Numbered from the stretch's first letter, positions 1 to 10,336 are shown. The stretch is DNA of 60,558 nt from an uncultured Acidimicrobiia bacterium (GCA_964633975.1 CAZWKX010000007.1:159-60716), one strand, 5' to 3'. Translations and numbers: made by a program. The notes: generated by a model from the sequence alone, not told the origin.

Positions 1-1314
1 TTCCGGACCGACGGCCATCGCTACATCCCTGAGGCGCGTGCCGTCGGCACCGCCGCCGTCTGCTCGGAGCAGGACCCCGGCGACGGCGGGCCCGCCATCG
101 TCGTTTCCAACACGCGAGCGGCGCTGGGGCCGCTGGCGGCGCGTGTGCACGGATATCCGTCGCGGCGCCTGCGCGTCGTGGGCATCACAGGCACCAACGG
201 CAAGACGACGGCGACGCACCTGCTCGAGGCGATCGTGTCGGCTGCCGGGCTGGTGCCGGGATTGGTGGGCACGGTGGGAGCGCGTATTGGCTCGGCCGCC
301 GTCGAAGTGCCGCGCACCACACCGGAGGCTTCCGATTTCCAGCGGCTTCTGGCCTCCATGGTGCATGCCGGGGTCGATGTGGCCGCCGTGGAAGTGTCGT
401 CGCACGCCCTGGCTCTGGGCCGGGTGGCGGCCACGCGCTTCGCTGTGGTCGCCTTCACCAACCTCTCCCAGGATCACCTCGATTTCCACGGGAGCATGGA
501 GAGCTACTACCAGGCGAAGGCGGCGCTCTTCGTCCCCGAGCTGGCCGGCCGCGCCGTCATCTGGAGCGACGATCCGGCCGGACGCCGCCTGGCCCAGGAG
601 ACCGAGTTGCCGGTGACCACCGTGGGTCTCGACCCGCAGGCCGACGTGTCGGCACGCGCCCTGGAGATGAGGTTGGACGGATCGTCGTTTGTGCTCACAG
701 GGGCGGGGGAGGAAACGGATGTCGAGCTGAAGCTCGGCGGGGACTTCAACGTGGCCAACGCCCTGGTGGCCGCGGCCTGCGCTGCCGCGGTAGGCATAGG
801 CTCCGATAGCATCGCCGCCGGAATCGCTTCGGTCGGTTCGGTGCCGGGCCGTTTTGAGATCGTTGACGTGGGGAAGGAGTTCGCCGTTGTCGTCGACTAC
901 GCCCACACGCCGGATGGCGTGGCTTCAGTCATCGCCGCGGCGCGTCCGCTGGTCGGCGGGTCGCGAGTGATCGTGGCTCTCGGCGCCGGAGGCGATCGGG
1001 ATCGGGCCAAGCGGCCGCTGATGGGTGCGGCGGCGGCTCAGGCCGACATTGCATTCTTCACCTCGGACAATCCCCGGTCCGAGGCCCCGGCCACCATCGT
1101 GGCGGAGGTGGCTGCGGGAGCCGCTGGTCAGCCCGCCGAGGTCCACGTCGAAATCGACCGGCGCCTGGCCATCAGGAGCGCTCTCGCTGCTGCTCGACCC
1201 GGCGACGTCGTGCTCATCTTGGGCAAGGGCCACGAGGCGCGGCAGGAGTTCGCCGACTACGTCGTGGCCTTCGACGATCGCATCGTTGCGATGGAGGAGG
1301 CCGCGGCGTTATGA
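1..1314 (+). CDS. murE: UDP-N-acetylmuramoyl-tripeptide synthetase MurE (5' truncated by window edge)
   Basis: Frame open from base 1 (FRTDGHRY...); GITGTNGKTT P-loop, EVSSH, NLSQDHLDFH, DYAHTPD, and the DNPR motif typical of meso-DAP-adding enzymes. Confidence 0.97.
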   Translation, partial: FRTDGHRYIPEARAVGTAAVCSEQDPGDGGPAIVVSNTRAALGPLAARVHGYPSRRLRVVGITGTNGKTTATHLLEAIVSAAGLVPGLVGTVGARIGSAAVEVPRTTPEASDFQRLLASMVHAGVDVAAVEVSSHALALGRVAATRFAVVAFTNLSQDHLDFHGSMESYYQAKAALFVPELAGRAVIWSDDPAGRRLAQETELPVTTVGLDPQADVSARALEMRLDGSSFVLTGAGEETDVELKLGGDFNVANALVAAACAAAVGIGSDSIAAGIASVGSVPGRFEIVDVGKEFAVVVDYAHTPDGVASVIAAARPLVGGSRVIVALGAGGDRDRAKRPLMGAAAAQADIAFFTSDNPRSEAPATIVAEVAAGAAGQPAEVHVEIDRRLAIRSALAAARPGDVVLILGKGHEARQEFADYVVAFDDRIVAMEEAAAL

Positions 1315-2636
1315 AGTGGGGTCTCAACACCATTGCGGCCGCCGTCGGGGGAGAGGCCTTCGGCTCGGCCGAGGTGACCGGTGTGGCCACGGACTCCCGG
1401 CATGTCGTGGCCGGCGATCTCTTCGTTGCACTCCACGGCGAGAGGGCGGACGGCCACGACTTCATGGCCGACGCCCTGTCGGCCGGCGCCGTCGCAGTCA
1501 TGGTGGAACGCGGACGCGCCGCGCCCGGCGTCGACGCGGTCGAAGTGACCGACACGCTGGAGGCCCTGCGGCTCATGGCAGTGGCACGGCGCAAGGAAAT
1601 CAGCATCCCGGTGGCGGCCGTCACCGGTTCCTCGGGGAAGACGACGACCAAGGACATGCTCGCTGCGGCGGTTGGACCCGGCGCCCACGCGGCCCTTTCG
1701 TCCTACAACAACGAGATTGGGGTGCCGCTCACGGTGCTGACGATGCCGGAGGACGCCTCGGCCCTGATCGTCGAGGTCGGCAGCCGAGGACGTGGTCACA
1801 TAGCTCTTTTGGCGCCGGCCGTGCGTCCAGACGTGGCCGTCATCACGCACGTGGGCCGGGCCCACATGGAGACCTTCGGCGATGTCGAGAGCGTGCTCGA
1901 TTCGAAATGGGAGCTGGTGGAGGCCTTGCCCGCCGAAGGCGTCGCCGTGCTTCCGAGAGAAGATGGGCGTCTTGTGGAACGACGCGGCGAAGCTCCGCGG
2001 CTCACTTTCGGCGAGGTGCCCGATGCCGACGTGGCGATTGCGCGGCTCCGTCTCGACAGGTGCGGCCGGCCGACTTTCGAATTGCGCCGCGGGGGGGAGA
2101 TCGCCGAGGTGTCGCTACGGGTCGCCGGCAGGCACCAGGCGCGCAACGCGGCCGCCGCCGTGGCCGGCGCGTTGGCGCTGGGTGTCGAGTTCTCTGTGGC
2201 CGCCGGCCGGGTGGGCGAGGCAGACCTGTCGCCGTGGCGTATGGAGGTCATCGAGGGTGCGATCACCGTGATCAACGATTCCTACAACGCCAACCCCGAC
2301 TCGATGGAAGCGGCGCTGCGGACCGTTGCGGCTCTCGAAGGCCGCCACATTGCCGTGCTCGGCAGGATGCACGAGCTTGGCGACTTCGAGGAGTCGGCGC
2401 ACCGGCAGGTAGGCGAGCTGGCTCGGAAGCTCGGTTTCGCATTCGTCGTGGTCGTCGGCGCCGATCCCGGCATTGCGGCAGGGGCCGGGCCCGTCGCACG
2501 TAGTGTGGGCAGCACCGAAGAGGCGCACGGCGTGCTCCGAGGGCTACTCCGGGAGGGAGACCTCGTGCTGGTGAAGGCGTCGCGCGCCGAGGGCCTCGAG
2601 GGGCTGGCGGCGACCATCGCGGGAGGTGTCGCGTGA
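1311..2636 (+). CDS. murF: UDP-N-acetylmuramoyl-tripeptide--D-Ala-D-Ala ligase MurF
   Basis: TGSSGKTTTKD, NNEIGVP, NDSYNANPDSM, VKASR motifs; ATGA overlap with murE. Confidence 0.96.
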   Translation: MKWGLNTIAAAVGGEAFGSAEVTGVATDSRHVVAGDLFVALHGERADGHDFMADALSAGAVAVMVERGRAAPGVDAVEVTDTLEALRLMAVARRKEISIPVAAVTGSSGKTTTKDMLAAAVGPGAHAALSSYNNEIGVPLTVLTMPEDASALIVEVGSRGRGHIALLAPAVRPDVAVITHVGRAHMETFGDVESVLDSKWELVEALPAEGVAVLPREDGRLVERRGEAPRLTFGEVPDADVAIARLRLDRCGRPTFELRRGGEIAEVSLRVAGRHQARNAAAAVAGALALGVEFSVAAGRVGEADLSPWRMEVIEGAITVINDSYNANPDSMEAALRTVAALEGRHIAVLGRMHELGDFEESAHRQVGELARKLGFAFVVVVGADPGIAAGAGPVARSVGSTEEAHGVLRGLLREGDLVLVKASRAEGLEGLAATIAGGVA

Positions 2637-3685
2637 TCGTCATGCTGCTGGCGGCGGCCACTGCCTTCGGGGCCATGTTGATTATCACTCCGATTGCCAT
2701 TCGCATGCTGCGGGCGCGGGCCATCGGCCAGTTCATTCAGGAAGAGGTCGAAGGCCACATGCACAAGCGGGGCACCCCGACGATGGGTGGCCTCGTGATA
2801 ATGCTCGGCGTCATCGCCGGCTGGTTCGTGGCGCACATCGATGCTCGCACCGCCGAGGGCCACTGGCGTCTCGGCTTCCGGGACTTCGGCCTGCCCGGCC
2901 TGCTCGTGCTGCTGGCCTTCGTCGGTATGGGAGTCATCGGCCTTCTCGACGACTACTCCAAGGTGCGCCGAGCCCGCAACCTCGGGCTCAAGAAGCGCTG
3001 GAAGTTCCTCGGCCAGCTCGCCATCGCCGGCCTCTTCTACTGGGGGGCCATCAGCTTCGGGGTGAGCACGGAGCTCTCGTTCACCAGGCCGCTCGGCCTC
3101 GATCTCAACGGCGTCTATTGGCTCTGGGTGCTGCTGCTGCTCACCGGGACGGCCAACGCGGTGAACATCACAGATGGTCTCGACGGCCTGGTGTCCGGGT
3201 CGGCAGCTCTCGTGTTCGGCGCGTTCACGATCATGTCGTTCTGGCAGTTCCGCCATCCCAGCTTCTACGGCACGACCGACGGCACTCTCGAGCTCGCCAT
3301 CGTGTCTGCGGCGCTGTTCGGTGCCGTCCTCGGTTTCCTGTGGTGGAATGCGGCGCCGGCGAAGATCTTCATGGGCGACACCGGCTCGCAGGCGCTGGGG
3401 GGCGCCATGGCGGCTCTGGCCCTGCTCACGAACACCCATCTGCTGCTCGGCATCGTGGGCGGGCTCTACGTCATGGTGACCATGTCGGTGATACTCCAGG
3501 TGATCGCTTTTCGCATCTGGGGAAAACGCATCTTCCTGATGGCTCCCCTCCACCATCACTTCGAACTCAAGGGATGGCCGGAGACCACGGTCATCGTCCG
3601 GTTCTGGATCATCGCCGCGCTATCCATCGGTCTGGCCCTCGGGGTCTTCTATTACGACTTCATCGCATCGGGAGGTGTGGGATGA
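2633..3685 (+). CDS. mraY: Phospho-N-acetylmuramoyl-pentapeptide transferase MraY
   Basis: KRGTPTMGG, LDDY, NAVNITDGLDGL, FMGDTGS, APLHHHFE motifs; multi-TM. Confidence 0.97.
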   Translation: MIVMLLAAATAFGAMLIITPIAIRMLRARAIGQFIQEEVEGHMHKRGTPTMGGLVIMLGVIAGWFVAHIDARTAEGHWRLGFRDFGLPGLLVLLAFVGMGVIGLLDDYSKVRRARNLGLKKRWKFLGQLAIAGLFYWGAISFGVSTELSFTRPLGLDLNGVYWLWVLLLLTGTANAVNITDGLDGLVSGSAALVFGAFTIMSFWQFRHPSFYGTTDGTLELAIVSAALFGAVLGFLWWNAAPAKIFMGDTGSQALGGAMAALALLTNTHLLLGIVGGLYVMVTMSVILQVIAFRIWGKRIFLMAPLHHHFELKGWPETTVIVRFWIIAALSIGLALGVFYYDFIASGGVG

Positions 3686-4965
3686 AAGTTCTTGTCATCG
3701 GGTCTGCCGTGAGCGGGCGGGTTGCCCTGGGCCTGCTCGAGCACGAAGGCCACGAGACGGTGGCCTACGACGCAGACCCGAGATCTCTCGTCGGGCTCGA
3801 GGGCCGAAGGCAGACTCACGGTGGAGACTGGGATCCCAAGCTGCTGCGCGGGATCGACCTGGTGGTGGTGAGTCCCGGCGTGCCCGAGCACGCCGCGCCG
3901 ATCCAGGACTCGCTCAGTGCAGGTCTTCCGGTCTGGAGCGAGATGGAGTTGGCGGCACGGCACATCGACGCCCCGCTCATCGCCATAACCGGCACGAACG
4001 GCAAGACGACGACGACCGACGTGGCCGCCGAGATGCTTAGCGCCTCGGGTCTGCGCACCCGAGCCCTGGGCAACATCGGGCTGCCGCTCAGCGACGCCGT
4101 GGACGGCGATTGGGACGTGCTCGTGGTCGAGGCATCGAGCTTCCAGCTGCGCTTCATCGACGAGTTCCATCCCGAGGTCTCCGTGCTGCTCAACCTGGCG
4201 CCCGATCATCTCGATTGGCACGGTACCTTCGACGCATACGCGGCCGCCAAGGCGCGTATCTGGGAGAACCAGGACTCCAACGACGTCCTCATCTTCGATG
4301 GCGACGACGCCGGAGCGGCCGAGGCGGTTGCCGACGTCAGAGTGCCCCGAGTCGAGGTGAGCGGATCGCGCCGCCCTCACGGGGGCAGCGGACCGGAGGA
4401 CGGCAAGCTGTGGATCGGGGCCGCTGCACTCGATCTCTCCAGCATGCAGGCCTCCAGTCCGGCGTTCCTCGTCGATATCGCCGCGGCCGGCGAGGCGGCT
4501 CTGGCAACGGGGGCGACCCCGGAAGCGGTCCTTGAAGTCGCCCGGGACTACAAGCCGGGCCGGCACCGGCGTCAGGAGATCGGCAGCTGGGGCGGGGTGC
4601 TATGGGTGGACGATTCGAAGGCGACCAACCCGCACGCCGCTGTTGCCGCCATCCGTTCCTACCCTTCGGTGGTCCTCATTGCCGGCGGACGCAACAAGGG
4701 CCTCGAGGTCGCTCCCGTGGCGCAGGAAGCGTCGGTGCGCTACGTGATCGGGATCGGTGAGGCGGGCCAGGAGATCGTGGACGCCGCCAAAGCCGGGACC
4801 GTCGCCGCGAACCTCGAAGAGGCGGTGGCCGTCGCAGATGGCTGGGCGGCCAAAGGCGACACCGTGCTTCTTGCTCCGGCGTGTGCCTCCTTTGACATGT
4901 TCGACTCGTACGTTCAGCGCGGGGATCTGTTCGCCAATGCCGTGAGACGCCTCAAGGAGGGATGA
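3682..4965 (+). CDS. murD: UDP-N-acetylmuramoyl-L-alanine--D-glutamate ligase MurD
   Basis: C-terminal part of ORF 2626..4965; ATG 3682 after GGAGG; SPGVP, ITGTNGKTTT, EASSFQL, DDSKATN, PACASFDMF. Confidence 0.95.
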   Translation: MKVLVIGSAVSGRVALGLLEHEGHETVAYDADPRSLVGLEGRRQTHGGDWDPKLLRGIDLVVVSPGVPEHAAPIQDSLSAGLPVWSEMELAARHIDAPLIAITGTNGKTTTTDVAAEMLSASGLRTRALGNIGLPLSDAVDGDWDVLVVEASSFQLRFIDEFHPEVSVLLNLAPDHLDWHGTFDAYAAAKARIWENQDSNDVLIFDGDDAGAAEAVADVRVPRVEVSGSRRPHGGSGPEDGKLWIGAAALDLSSMQASSPAFLVDIAAAGEAALATGATPEAVLEVARDYKPGRHRRQEIGSWGGVLWVDDSKATNPHAAVAAIRSYPSVVLIAGGRNKGLEVAPVAQEASVRYVIGIGEAGQEIVDAAKAGTVAANLEEAVAVADGWAAKGDTVLLAPACASFDMFDSYVQRGDLFANAVRRLKEG

Positions 4966-6137
4966 TGGCGACGCGTGTGGTCTCGATCGCGGCGACGAGG
5001 ACGGCCATGCGGGAGGCGCAGCGGCTGGCTCGCAGCTCGTCGCGTCTGTCCATTTTTGTGCTCGTCCCCATGGCGCTGCTCATCATCGTTGGGCTGGGTG
5101 CCTTGCTCTCCGCATCTTCGGTGCTTGCCCTGCGGGAGACCGGCGATTCCCTCTTCTACTTCAAACGCCAGCTGATGTGGCTCGGCGTCGGGATCCTGGC
5201 TCTCACCGTGGCGGCGGCCACACCGCTGCGCTGGTGGCGGCGCATGGCGTTCCCGATCTTCACCGTCACGGTGCTGCTTCTCGTCGCTGTGTTGTTCGTC
5301 GGCGAGCGGTCCTACGGGGCGACGCGCTGGCTCATCGTGGGGCCCGTGTCCATCCAGCCGTCCGAGTTGGCCAAGCTGAGCACTGTGCTCTTCCTGGCCA
5401 CGCTCGTCAGCCGTCGCGAGGGTTCGATGCACCGCCTCCGTGATTTCTTCTGGCCGGTGGCCGGCTCTCTCGGCATCGTGGCTTTCCTCATCGTCTTCCA
5501 GCCGGATCTGGGAACGACCGTGCTGGTGGCTGCGGCCGCGTTCGCCGTGCTAGCCGCCTCCGCGGCTCCGATGGGATATGTGCTCGGCGGGGCACTTCTG
5601 GGGGGGTCGGCCGCTCTGGGGCTCGCCGCGACCTCGCCGGAGAGGTGGGAGCGCATCATCTCGTTCTTCCAACTGGGCTCGGACCCGCTGGGCAGTGATT
5701 ATCAGGCGATTCAGTCGCTCGTCGCCCTCGGAACGGGTGGGGCCTTCGGCGTCGGCCTCGGGGCGAGCAGGGCACGCTGGTCGTTCCTCCCCAATGCCCA
5801 CACCGACTTCATCTTCGCCATCATCGGTGAGGAGACCGGGCTCGCCGGATCACTCGCCGTGATTGCGCTGTTCCTGACCATCACCGTGGCCGGCATGATG
5901 GTGGCCTACCGTTCATCGGACCGGTTTGGGCGACTCGTCGCCGTCGGCATCACGACGTGGCTGGTGACACAAGCGCTTGTGAACATCGGAGGCGTGGTCG
6001 GCGCCCTTCCGATCACAGGGATTCCACTGCCGTTCCTCTCGATGGGCGGAAGCGCTCTCGTGACCGAGATGATTGGCGTGGGCGTCCTCATCAGCGTGCT
6101 GCGGGAGCAGGGCCCGACGCTGCGGGGGACGGTGTGA
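4962..6137 (+). CDS. ftsW: Peptidoglycan glycosyltransferase FtsW (SEDS family)
   Basis: GATRW, IQPSELAK, QPDLGT, HTDFIFAIIGEE, PITGIPLPFLSMGGS; dcw position. Confidence 0.95.
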   Translation: MMATRVVSIAATRTAMREAQRLARSSSRLSIFVLVPMALLIIVGLGALLSASSVLALRETGDSLFYFKRQLMWLGVGILALTVAAATPLRWWRRMAFPIFTVTVLLLVAVLFVGERSYGATRWLIVGPVSIQPSELAKLSTVLFLATLVSRREGSMHRLRDFFWPVAGSLGIVAFLIVFQPDLGTTVLVAAAAFAVLAASAAPMGYVLGGALLGGSAALGLAATSPERWERIISFFQLGSDPLGSDYQAIQSLVALGTGGAFGVGLGASRARWSFLPNAHTDFIFAIIGEETGLAGSLAVIALFLTITVAGMMVAYRSSDRFGRLVAVGITTWLVTQALVNIGGVVGALPITGIPLPFLSMGGSALVTEMIGVGVLISVLREQGPTLRGTV

Positions 6138-7210
6138 CCATCGTGCTGGTGGCCGCCGGGACGGGTGGCCACATCTTTCCGGCGTTGGCAATCGGGGAAG
6201 CTCTGGTGGAGCGCGGCGTGCCACGCTCCCAGGTGGTGTTCTTCGGAGGTGATCGCCTCGAGGCAACGGCCGTGCCCGCGGCCGGATTCCCCTTTGTGGG
6301 TTTCAGCCTGGTGAGGCTCGAGAGGTCCTTCACGCCGCGCAACCTGCTCATTCCCGTAGCGGTGCGACGCACGGCCGGTGCCATGGCCCGTGAGTTGACC
6401 GCCCGCCACGTCGGGGTGGTGCTCGGCATGAGTGGATATGCCACGGTGCCTGCGGCGCTTGCCGCCCCGCGTTCCGGAGCGGCGCTGTTCCTTCAGGAAC
6501 AGAACGCGGTGCCGGGCCTGGCGGCTCGGTTCGCCGCCCGCCGGGCCCGGGCCACGTTCCTGGGGCTGCCCGGGGCCGCGCAGTCGCTCCCGAGGTCGGT
6601 GCTAACCGGCAATCCTCTGCGTCCGGAGATCGTGTCGTTCGATCGGCAGCGGCTTCGGCAGGAGGCGCGGCACCGGTACGGCATCGCCGCCGAATCGACG
6701 GTGTTGGGCGTTGCCGGGGGGAGCCTGGGCGCCCGGGTCCTCAACGAGTCGGTTGCGGCCGTGGTGGAGCGGTGGAAGGCAGGGCCGCTGACCGTGCTCC
6801 ACCTGACGGGTCGAGAGGCGGCGGCGGCAATGACCCGTCGCTCCGAGGCGGCGCCGCTACCGTGGCTGTGCCTGCCCTTCGAGGAGCGGATGGATCTCTT
6901 CTACGCCGCGGCGGATCTCCTGCTCTGCCGGGCCGGGGCGATGACGGTGAGCGAAGTGGCGGCCACGGGCACCCCCGCCGTGCTCGTTCCTTTGGAGCGT
7001 GTGGGTCAGCACCACAACGCGGCCGCTCTTGAGGATGTCGGCGCCGCCAGGGTGGTGCGGCAGGCGGAAGTCTCGCGCTTGCCCGAGATCGTGATCGAGC
7101 TGCTTGGTGATGCGGATGTGCGGGCCGGAATGAGTTCGGCCGCAGCGACGGTGGCGCACCGCGACGCGGCTCATGTGATTGCAGCGCACCTCCTGGAGGC
7201 GGCGAGATGA
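6134..7210 (+). CDS. murG: Lipid II GlcNAc transferase MurG
   Basis: GTG start overlapping ftsW stop; AGTGGHIFPA, EQNAVPG, TGNPLR, GGSLGA, RAGAMTVSE. Confidence 0.95.
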   Translation: MTIVLVAAGTGGHIFPALAIGEALVERGVPRSQVVFFGGDRLEATAVPAAGFPFVGFSLVRLERSFTPRNLLIPVAVRRTAGAMARELTARHVGVVLGMSGYATVPAALAAPRSGAALFLQEQNAVPGLAARFAARRARATFLGLPGAAQSLPRSVLTGNPLRPEIVSFDRQRLRQEARHRYGIAAESTVLGVAGGSLGARVLNESVAAVVERWKAGPLTVLHLTGREAAAAMTRRSEAAPLPWLCLPFEERMDLFYAAADLLLCRAGAMTVSEVAATGTPAVLVPLERVGQHHNAAALEDVGAARVVRQAEVSRLPEIVIELLGDADVRAGMSSAAATVAHRDAAHVIAAHLLEAAR

Positions 7211-8574
7211 GGGGAATCGAGCATTACGCCCACATACATGTGATCGGGGTGGCCGGTGCGGGCATGAGCGGGCTGGCCAAGCTGCTGGCCCAGGCCGGCC
7301 ACACGGTGACCGGGTCGGACCTGAAGCCGGGGCGAGCGCTGGTCGAGCTATTGGCTCTGGGCGTCGAGACGTGGGTCGGGCACCGTCCCGAGGCCGCGGC
7401 CGCATCGGATCTTGTGGTCGCCTCGTCGGCCGTGCCGCAATCCGATCCCGAGATCGTGGCGGCCGCCGAAGCCGGCGTCGATGTGTGGCAGCGGCCTCGG
7501 CTGCTTGCGGAGATGACGGCCAAGGAGCCGGCTCTCGGCGTGACCGGGACACACGGCAAGACCACGGCGACGGCTTTGCTGGTTGCCGGGATGCGGGCTC
7601 TCGGCCGTGACCCCTCCTTCATGGTGGGGGGCCATCTCGGCGACCTGAACACGAATGCGCATCGTGGTGAGCCGGGGCTGTTCGTGCTCGAAGCCGATGA
7701 GGCCTTCGGCACATTCTTGGATCTGCATCTGGTCGGCCTCGTCGTTACCAACATCGAGATGGACCACCTCGACTACTACGGATCACTGCCGCAACTCGAA
7801 GATGCCTTTGCAGACGTGGCTTCACGAGTCGACGGGCCGGTGCTGGCCTGCATCGACGATCCGGGAGCTCACCGGCTGGCGGCCAGGATCGAGAGCACCG
7901 TCACGTATGGCACTGCCGAGGCGGCCGCCTGGCGAGTGGTCAACGTGCGTCATGGGGCCGGCGCGGTGCGGTTCGATCTCGATCATGGTGGTGAACAGGT
8001 AGATGTCTCTGTTCCCCGTCCCGGGCTCCACGTGGCTCGGAACGCCGCCGGCGTGCTGGCTCTGGTGGGTGAGCTGGGGTTCGACGTGGGCGCGGCCGCA
8101 TCCGGCCTGGTCTCCTTCGGCGGGGTGCGGCGACGTTTTGAGGTGCGCGCCGAGATTGCCGGCGTGACCGTGATCGACGACTACGCCCATCATCCCAGTG
8201 AGGTGGCCGCCGTCATCGAGGCGGCCCGGCTGGGTGCCGAGGGGCGGATCGTCGCCGTCTTCCAGCCGCATCGCTTCAGTCGCACGGCGCAGCTCGCAGG
8301 TGAATTCGGGTCGGTGCTCGCCGGGGCCGATCGGGTCTTCGTGACCGACGTCTACAGCGCCGGCGAAGCACCGGTGCCGGGGGTCAGCGGCCGGCTTGTG
8401 GCCGATGCAGCTGCCGCCGCCGGAGCCGATGTGTCGTATGTGCCCCGCCGGGCCGAGCTGGCCGAGGCCATCGTCGCAGGGGTCCGCGCCGGCGACGTCG
8501 TGATCTTGATGGGTGCCGGCGACGTCACCATCGTCGCCGACGAGCTGGCGCCGCTGCTCGGGAGCCCGACGTGA
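7207..8574 (+). CDS. murC: UDP-N-acetylmuramate--L-alanine ligase MurC
   Basis: IGVAGAGMSGLA, GTHGKTT, EADE, DDYAHHPSE, FQPHRFSRT. Confidence 0.96.
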   Translation: MRGIEHYAHIHVIGVAGAGMSGLAKLLAQAGHTVTGSDLKPGRALVELLALGVETWVGHRPEAAAASDLVVASSAVPQSDPEIVAAAEAGVDVWQRPRLLAEMTAKEPALGVTGTHGKTTATALLVAGMRALGRDPSFMVGGHLGDLNTNAHRGEPGLFVLEADEAFGTFLDLHLVGLVVTNIEMDHLDYYGSLPQLEDAFADVASRVDGPVLACIDDPGAHRLAARIESTVTYGTAEAAAWRVVNVRHGAGAVRFDLDHGGEQVDVSVPRPGLHVARNAAGVLALVGELGFDVGAAASGLVSFGGVRRRFEVRAEIAGVTVIDDYAHHPSEVAAVIEAARLGAEGRIVAVFQPHRFSRTAQLAGEFGSVLAGADRVFVTDVYSAGEAPVPGVSGRLVADAAAAAGADVSYVPRRAELAEAIVAGVRAGDVVILMGAGDVTIVADELAPLLGSPT

Positions 8575-9470
8575 GCAGCCTTGGCGATCTCCTCGCGGAA
8601 GGGCTCTTGAGGGAGAACGTGGGCCTTTCGTCCCTGACGACCTACAAGCTCGGAGGACCAGCTCGCTACATGATGGAGGTCGACGACGAGCAACACCTGC
8701 TGCGCCTGGCTCGGATTCTGCGCGAAGATCCTCACCCGGTGATGGTGCTGGGCCGGGGTAGCAACGTCGTCATCTCCGCTGCAGGGTTTCCTGGGGTTGT
8801 GGTCCATCTGGCGCTGGCGGGCTTCCGTGTAGGGGACCACGGCACCGTCGAGGCCGGTGGTGGCCTGCCGCTTCCCGTGCTGGCGCGTCGCTCGGCTGAT
8901 ATGAATCGTGGCGGCTTGGAGTTCATGGCGGGCATACCGGGCTCGGTGGGAGGAGCCGTTCGCATGAATGCCGGGGGCCACGGCTCCGACACGGCCGGAT
9001 GGCTCGTGCACGCACGGGTCGTAGACCTGGGGACCGGGACCGTCAGCGAGCGTACTGCCGACGATCTCCAGCTCGCTTATCGGCACAGCAACCTCTCCGA
9101 CACCGATGTCGTTGTGGCCGCCACGTTCCGCACCGTGCCACGGAGTCGTGCCGAATCGGAGAAGCTCATCCGTGAGGTGGCCCGCTGGCGCAGACGGCAT
9201 CAGCCGGGGGGGACCCTGAACGCCGGCAGCATTTTCAAGAACCCGCCCGGCGACACGGCGGGGCGCATCATCGACGAGCAGGGCCTGAAGGGCTTCCGCG
9301 TCGGTGACGTCTGGGTCTCCGAAAGACACGCCAACTTTTTCGTGGCCGGACCCGCGGCCACACCGCAGGACATCCACAACCTCGTGGTGGCGGTCCGCCG
9401 TCGAGTGCATGAGGCCACCGGCGTCGAGCTGGAGCCCGAGATTCGGTTCGTAGGTCCGTTCGCGCCATGA
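8571..9470 (+). CDS. murB: UDP-N-acetylenolpyruvoylglucosamine reductase MurB
   Basis: TTYKLGGPA, GRGSN, GIPGSVGGAVRMNAG, AGSIFKNP, HANF, LEPEI. Confidence 0.95.
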   Translation: MSSLGDLLAEGLLRENVGLSSLTTYKLGGPARYMMEVDDEQHLLRLARILREDPHPVMVLGRGSNVVISAAGFPGVVVHLALAGFRVGDHGTVEAGGGLPLPVLARRSADMNRGGLEFMAGIPGSVGGAVRMNAGGHGSDTAGWLVHARVVDLGTGTVSERTADDLQLAYRHSNLSDTDVVVAATFRTVPRSRAESEKLIREVARWRRRHQPGGTLNAGSIFKNPPGDTAGRIIDEQGLKGFRVGDVWVSERHANFFVAGPAATPQDIHNLVVAVRRRVHEATGVELEPEIRFVGPFAP

Positions 9471-10264
9471 ACGATCACATTCGGCGCCTGGGCGAGGAAG
9501 ACATACCCCGGACGGCGGTGCGCCGGCGCCTCCTCGTGATCGCCGGCTTCGTGCTTGCCGTCGCCGCCGCTACCGCCATCGCCGTGCTCCACTCCCCGTG
9601 GATGTCGGTGCAGGAGATCGAGATCGTCGGCGCCCACCGCGCCGACGTGGCGGGCCGGCTGGCCGATGCCGGAATCGGCGAAGGAGCCATCATGATCTGG
9701 CTCGATACGGCTGAGGTGGAGGCGGCGGTGCTGGCCGATGCATGGGTGCGAGACGTTCGCGCCGAGCGCATCTTCCCCAATCGCCTCGTTGTGGAAGTCG
9801 TCGAACACACCGGGTCCGTCTGGATCGGTGGCCAGGACAGCTGGATGCTCGTGGCTGAAGATGGCACGGTGCTGGAAGTCGCCTCGGAGCCGGGAGTCGG
9901 CCTGCTCGCGGCTGATCTGCGGTTTCTCGATCTTTTGCCGGGCGAGCGGCCCTCGGACGATGCGTGGCACGAGGTCGTGGCCATGGCCGAGATGCTGAGC
10001 CCGGAGGTGGCGGCCCGGACCTTGCTGTCGTGGAAGGGTGCAGAGGTCTGGACGGTCTTGGATGGCCTGGATGTGCGCCTCGGGCGCATCGTGGACTTCG
10101 ACGAGAAGGCACGGACACTGGAAGCGCTGCTCGATGAAGATCTGCCGTGGGGGACGGTCGTCGATTTGGTCGCGCCCTCGCGTCCCGCGATCAGCCTGCC
10201 CGGGCATTCTGCCGACATGCCCGTCGGGGGAAGCAGCGAGGGGGAGCCGGAAGTTTCAAGTTGA
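9467..10264 (+). CDS. ftsQ: Cell division protein FtsQ/DivIB
   Basis: Single N-terminal TM followed by POTRA-like segment (W-V..V.R.FPNRLVVEVVE); position before ftsZ. Confidence 0.85.
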   Translation: MNDHIRRLGEEDIPRTAVRRRLLVIAGFVLAVAAATAIAVLHSPWMSVQEIEIVGAHRADVAGRLADAGIGEGAIMIWLDTAEVEAAVLADAWVRDVRAERIFPNRLVVEVVEHTGSVWIGGQDSWMLVAEDGTVLEVASEPGVGLLAADLRFLDLLPGERPSDDAWHEVVAMAEMLSPEVAARTLLSWKGAEVWTVLDGLDVRLGRIVDFDEKARTLEALLDEDLPWGTVVDLVAPSRPAISLPGHSADMPVGGSSEGEPEVSS

Positions 10265-10336
10265 GGTTGAGGGTGTGATCTGATGTACATAGTGACGACG
10301 TCCTCCCTAGTAACCTTCTACGGAAGGTTCAGGGCA
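10251..10336. promoter_or_regulatory. Two related 25-bp operator-like motifs upstream of ftsZ (10251-10275 and 10312-10336)
   Basis: AAGTTTCAAGTTGAGGTTGAGGGTG and AACCTTCTACGGAAGGTTCAGGGCA share AGGTTSAGGG; resemble the actinobacterial FtsR (MerR-family) site as I recall it. Confidence 0.55.

Noticed and set aside
2626-3681. Apparent 350-aa N-terminal extension of MurD
   Set aside because: Out-of-frame overlap with mraY, Arg/Pro-rich shadow translation; the true start with an SD is at 3682
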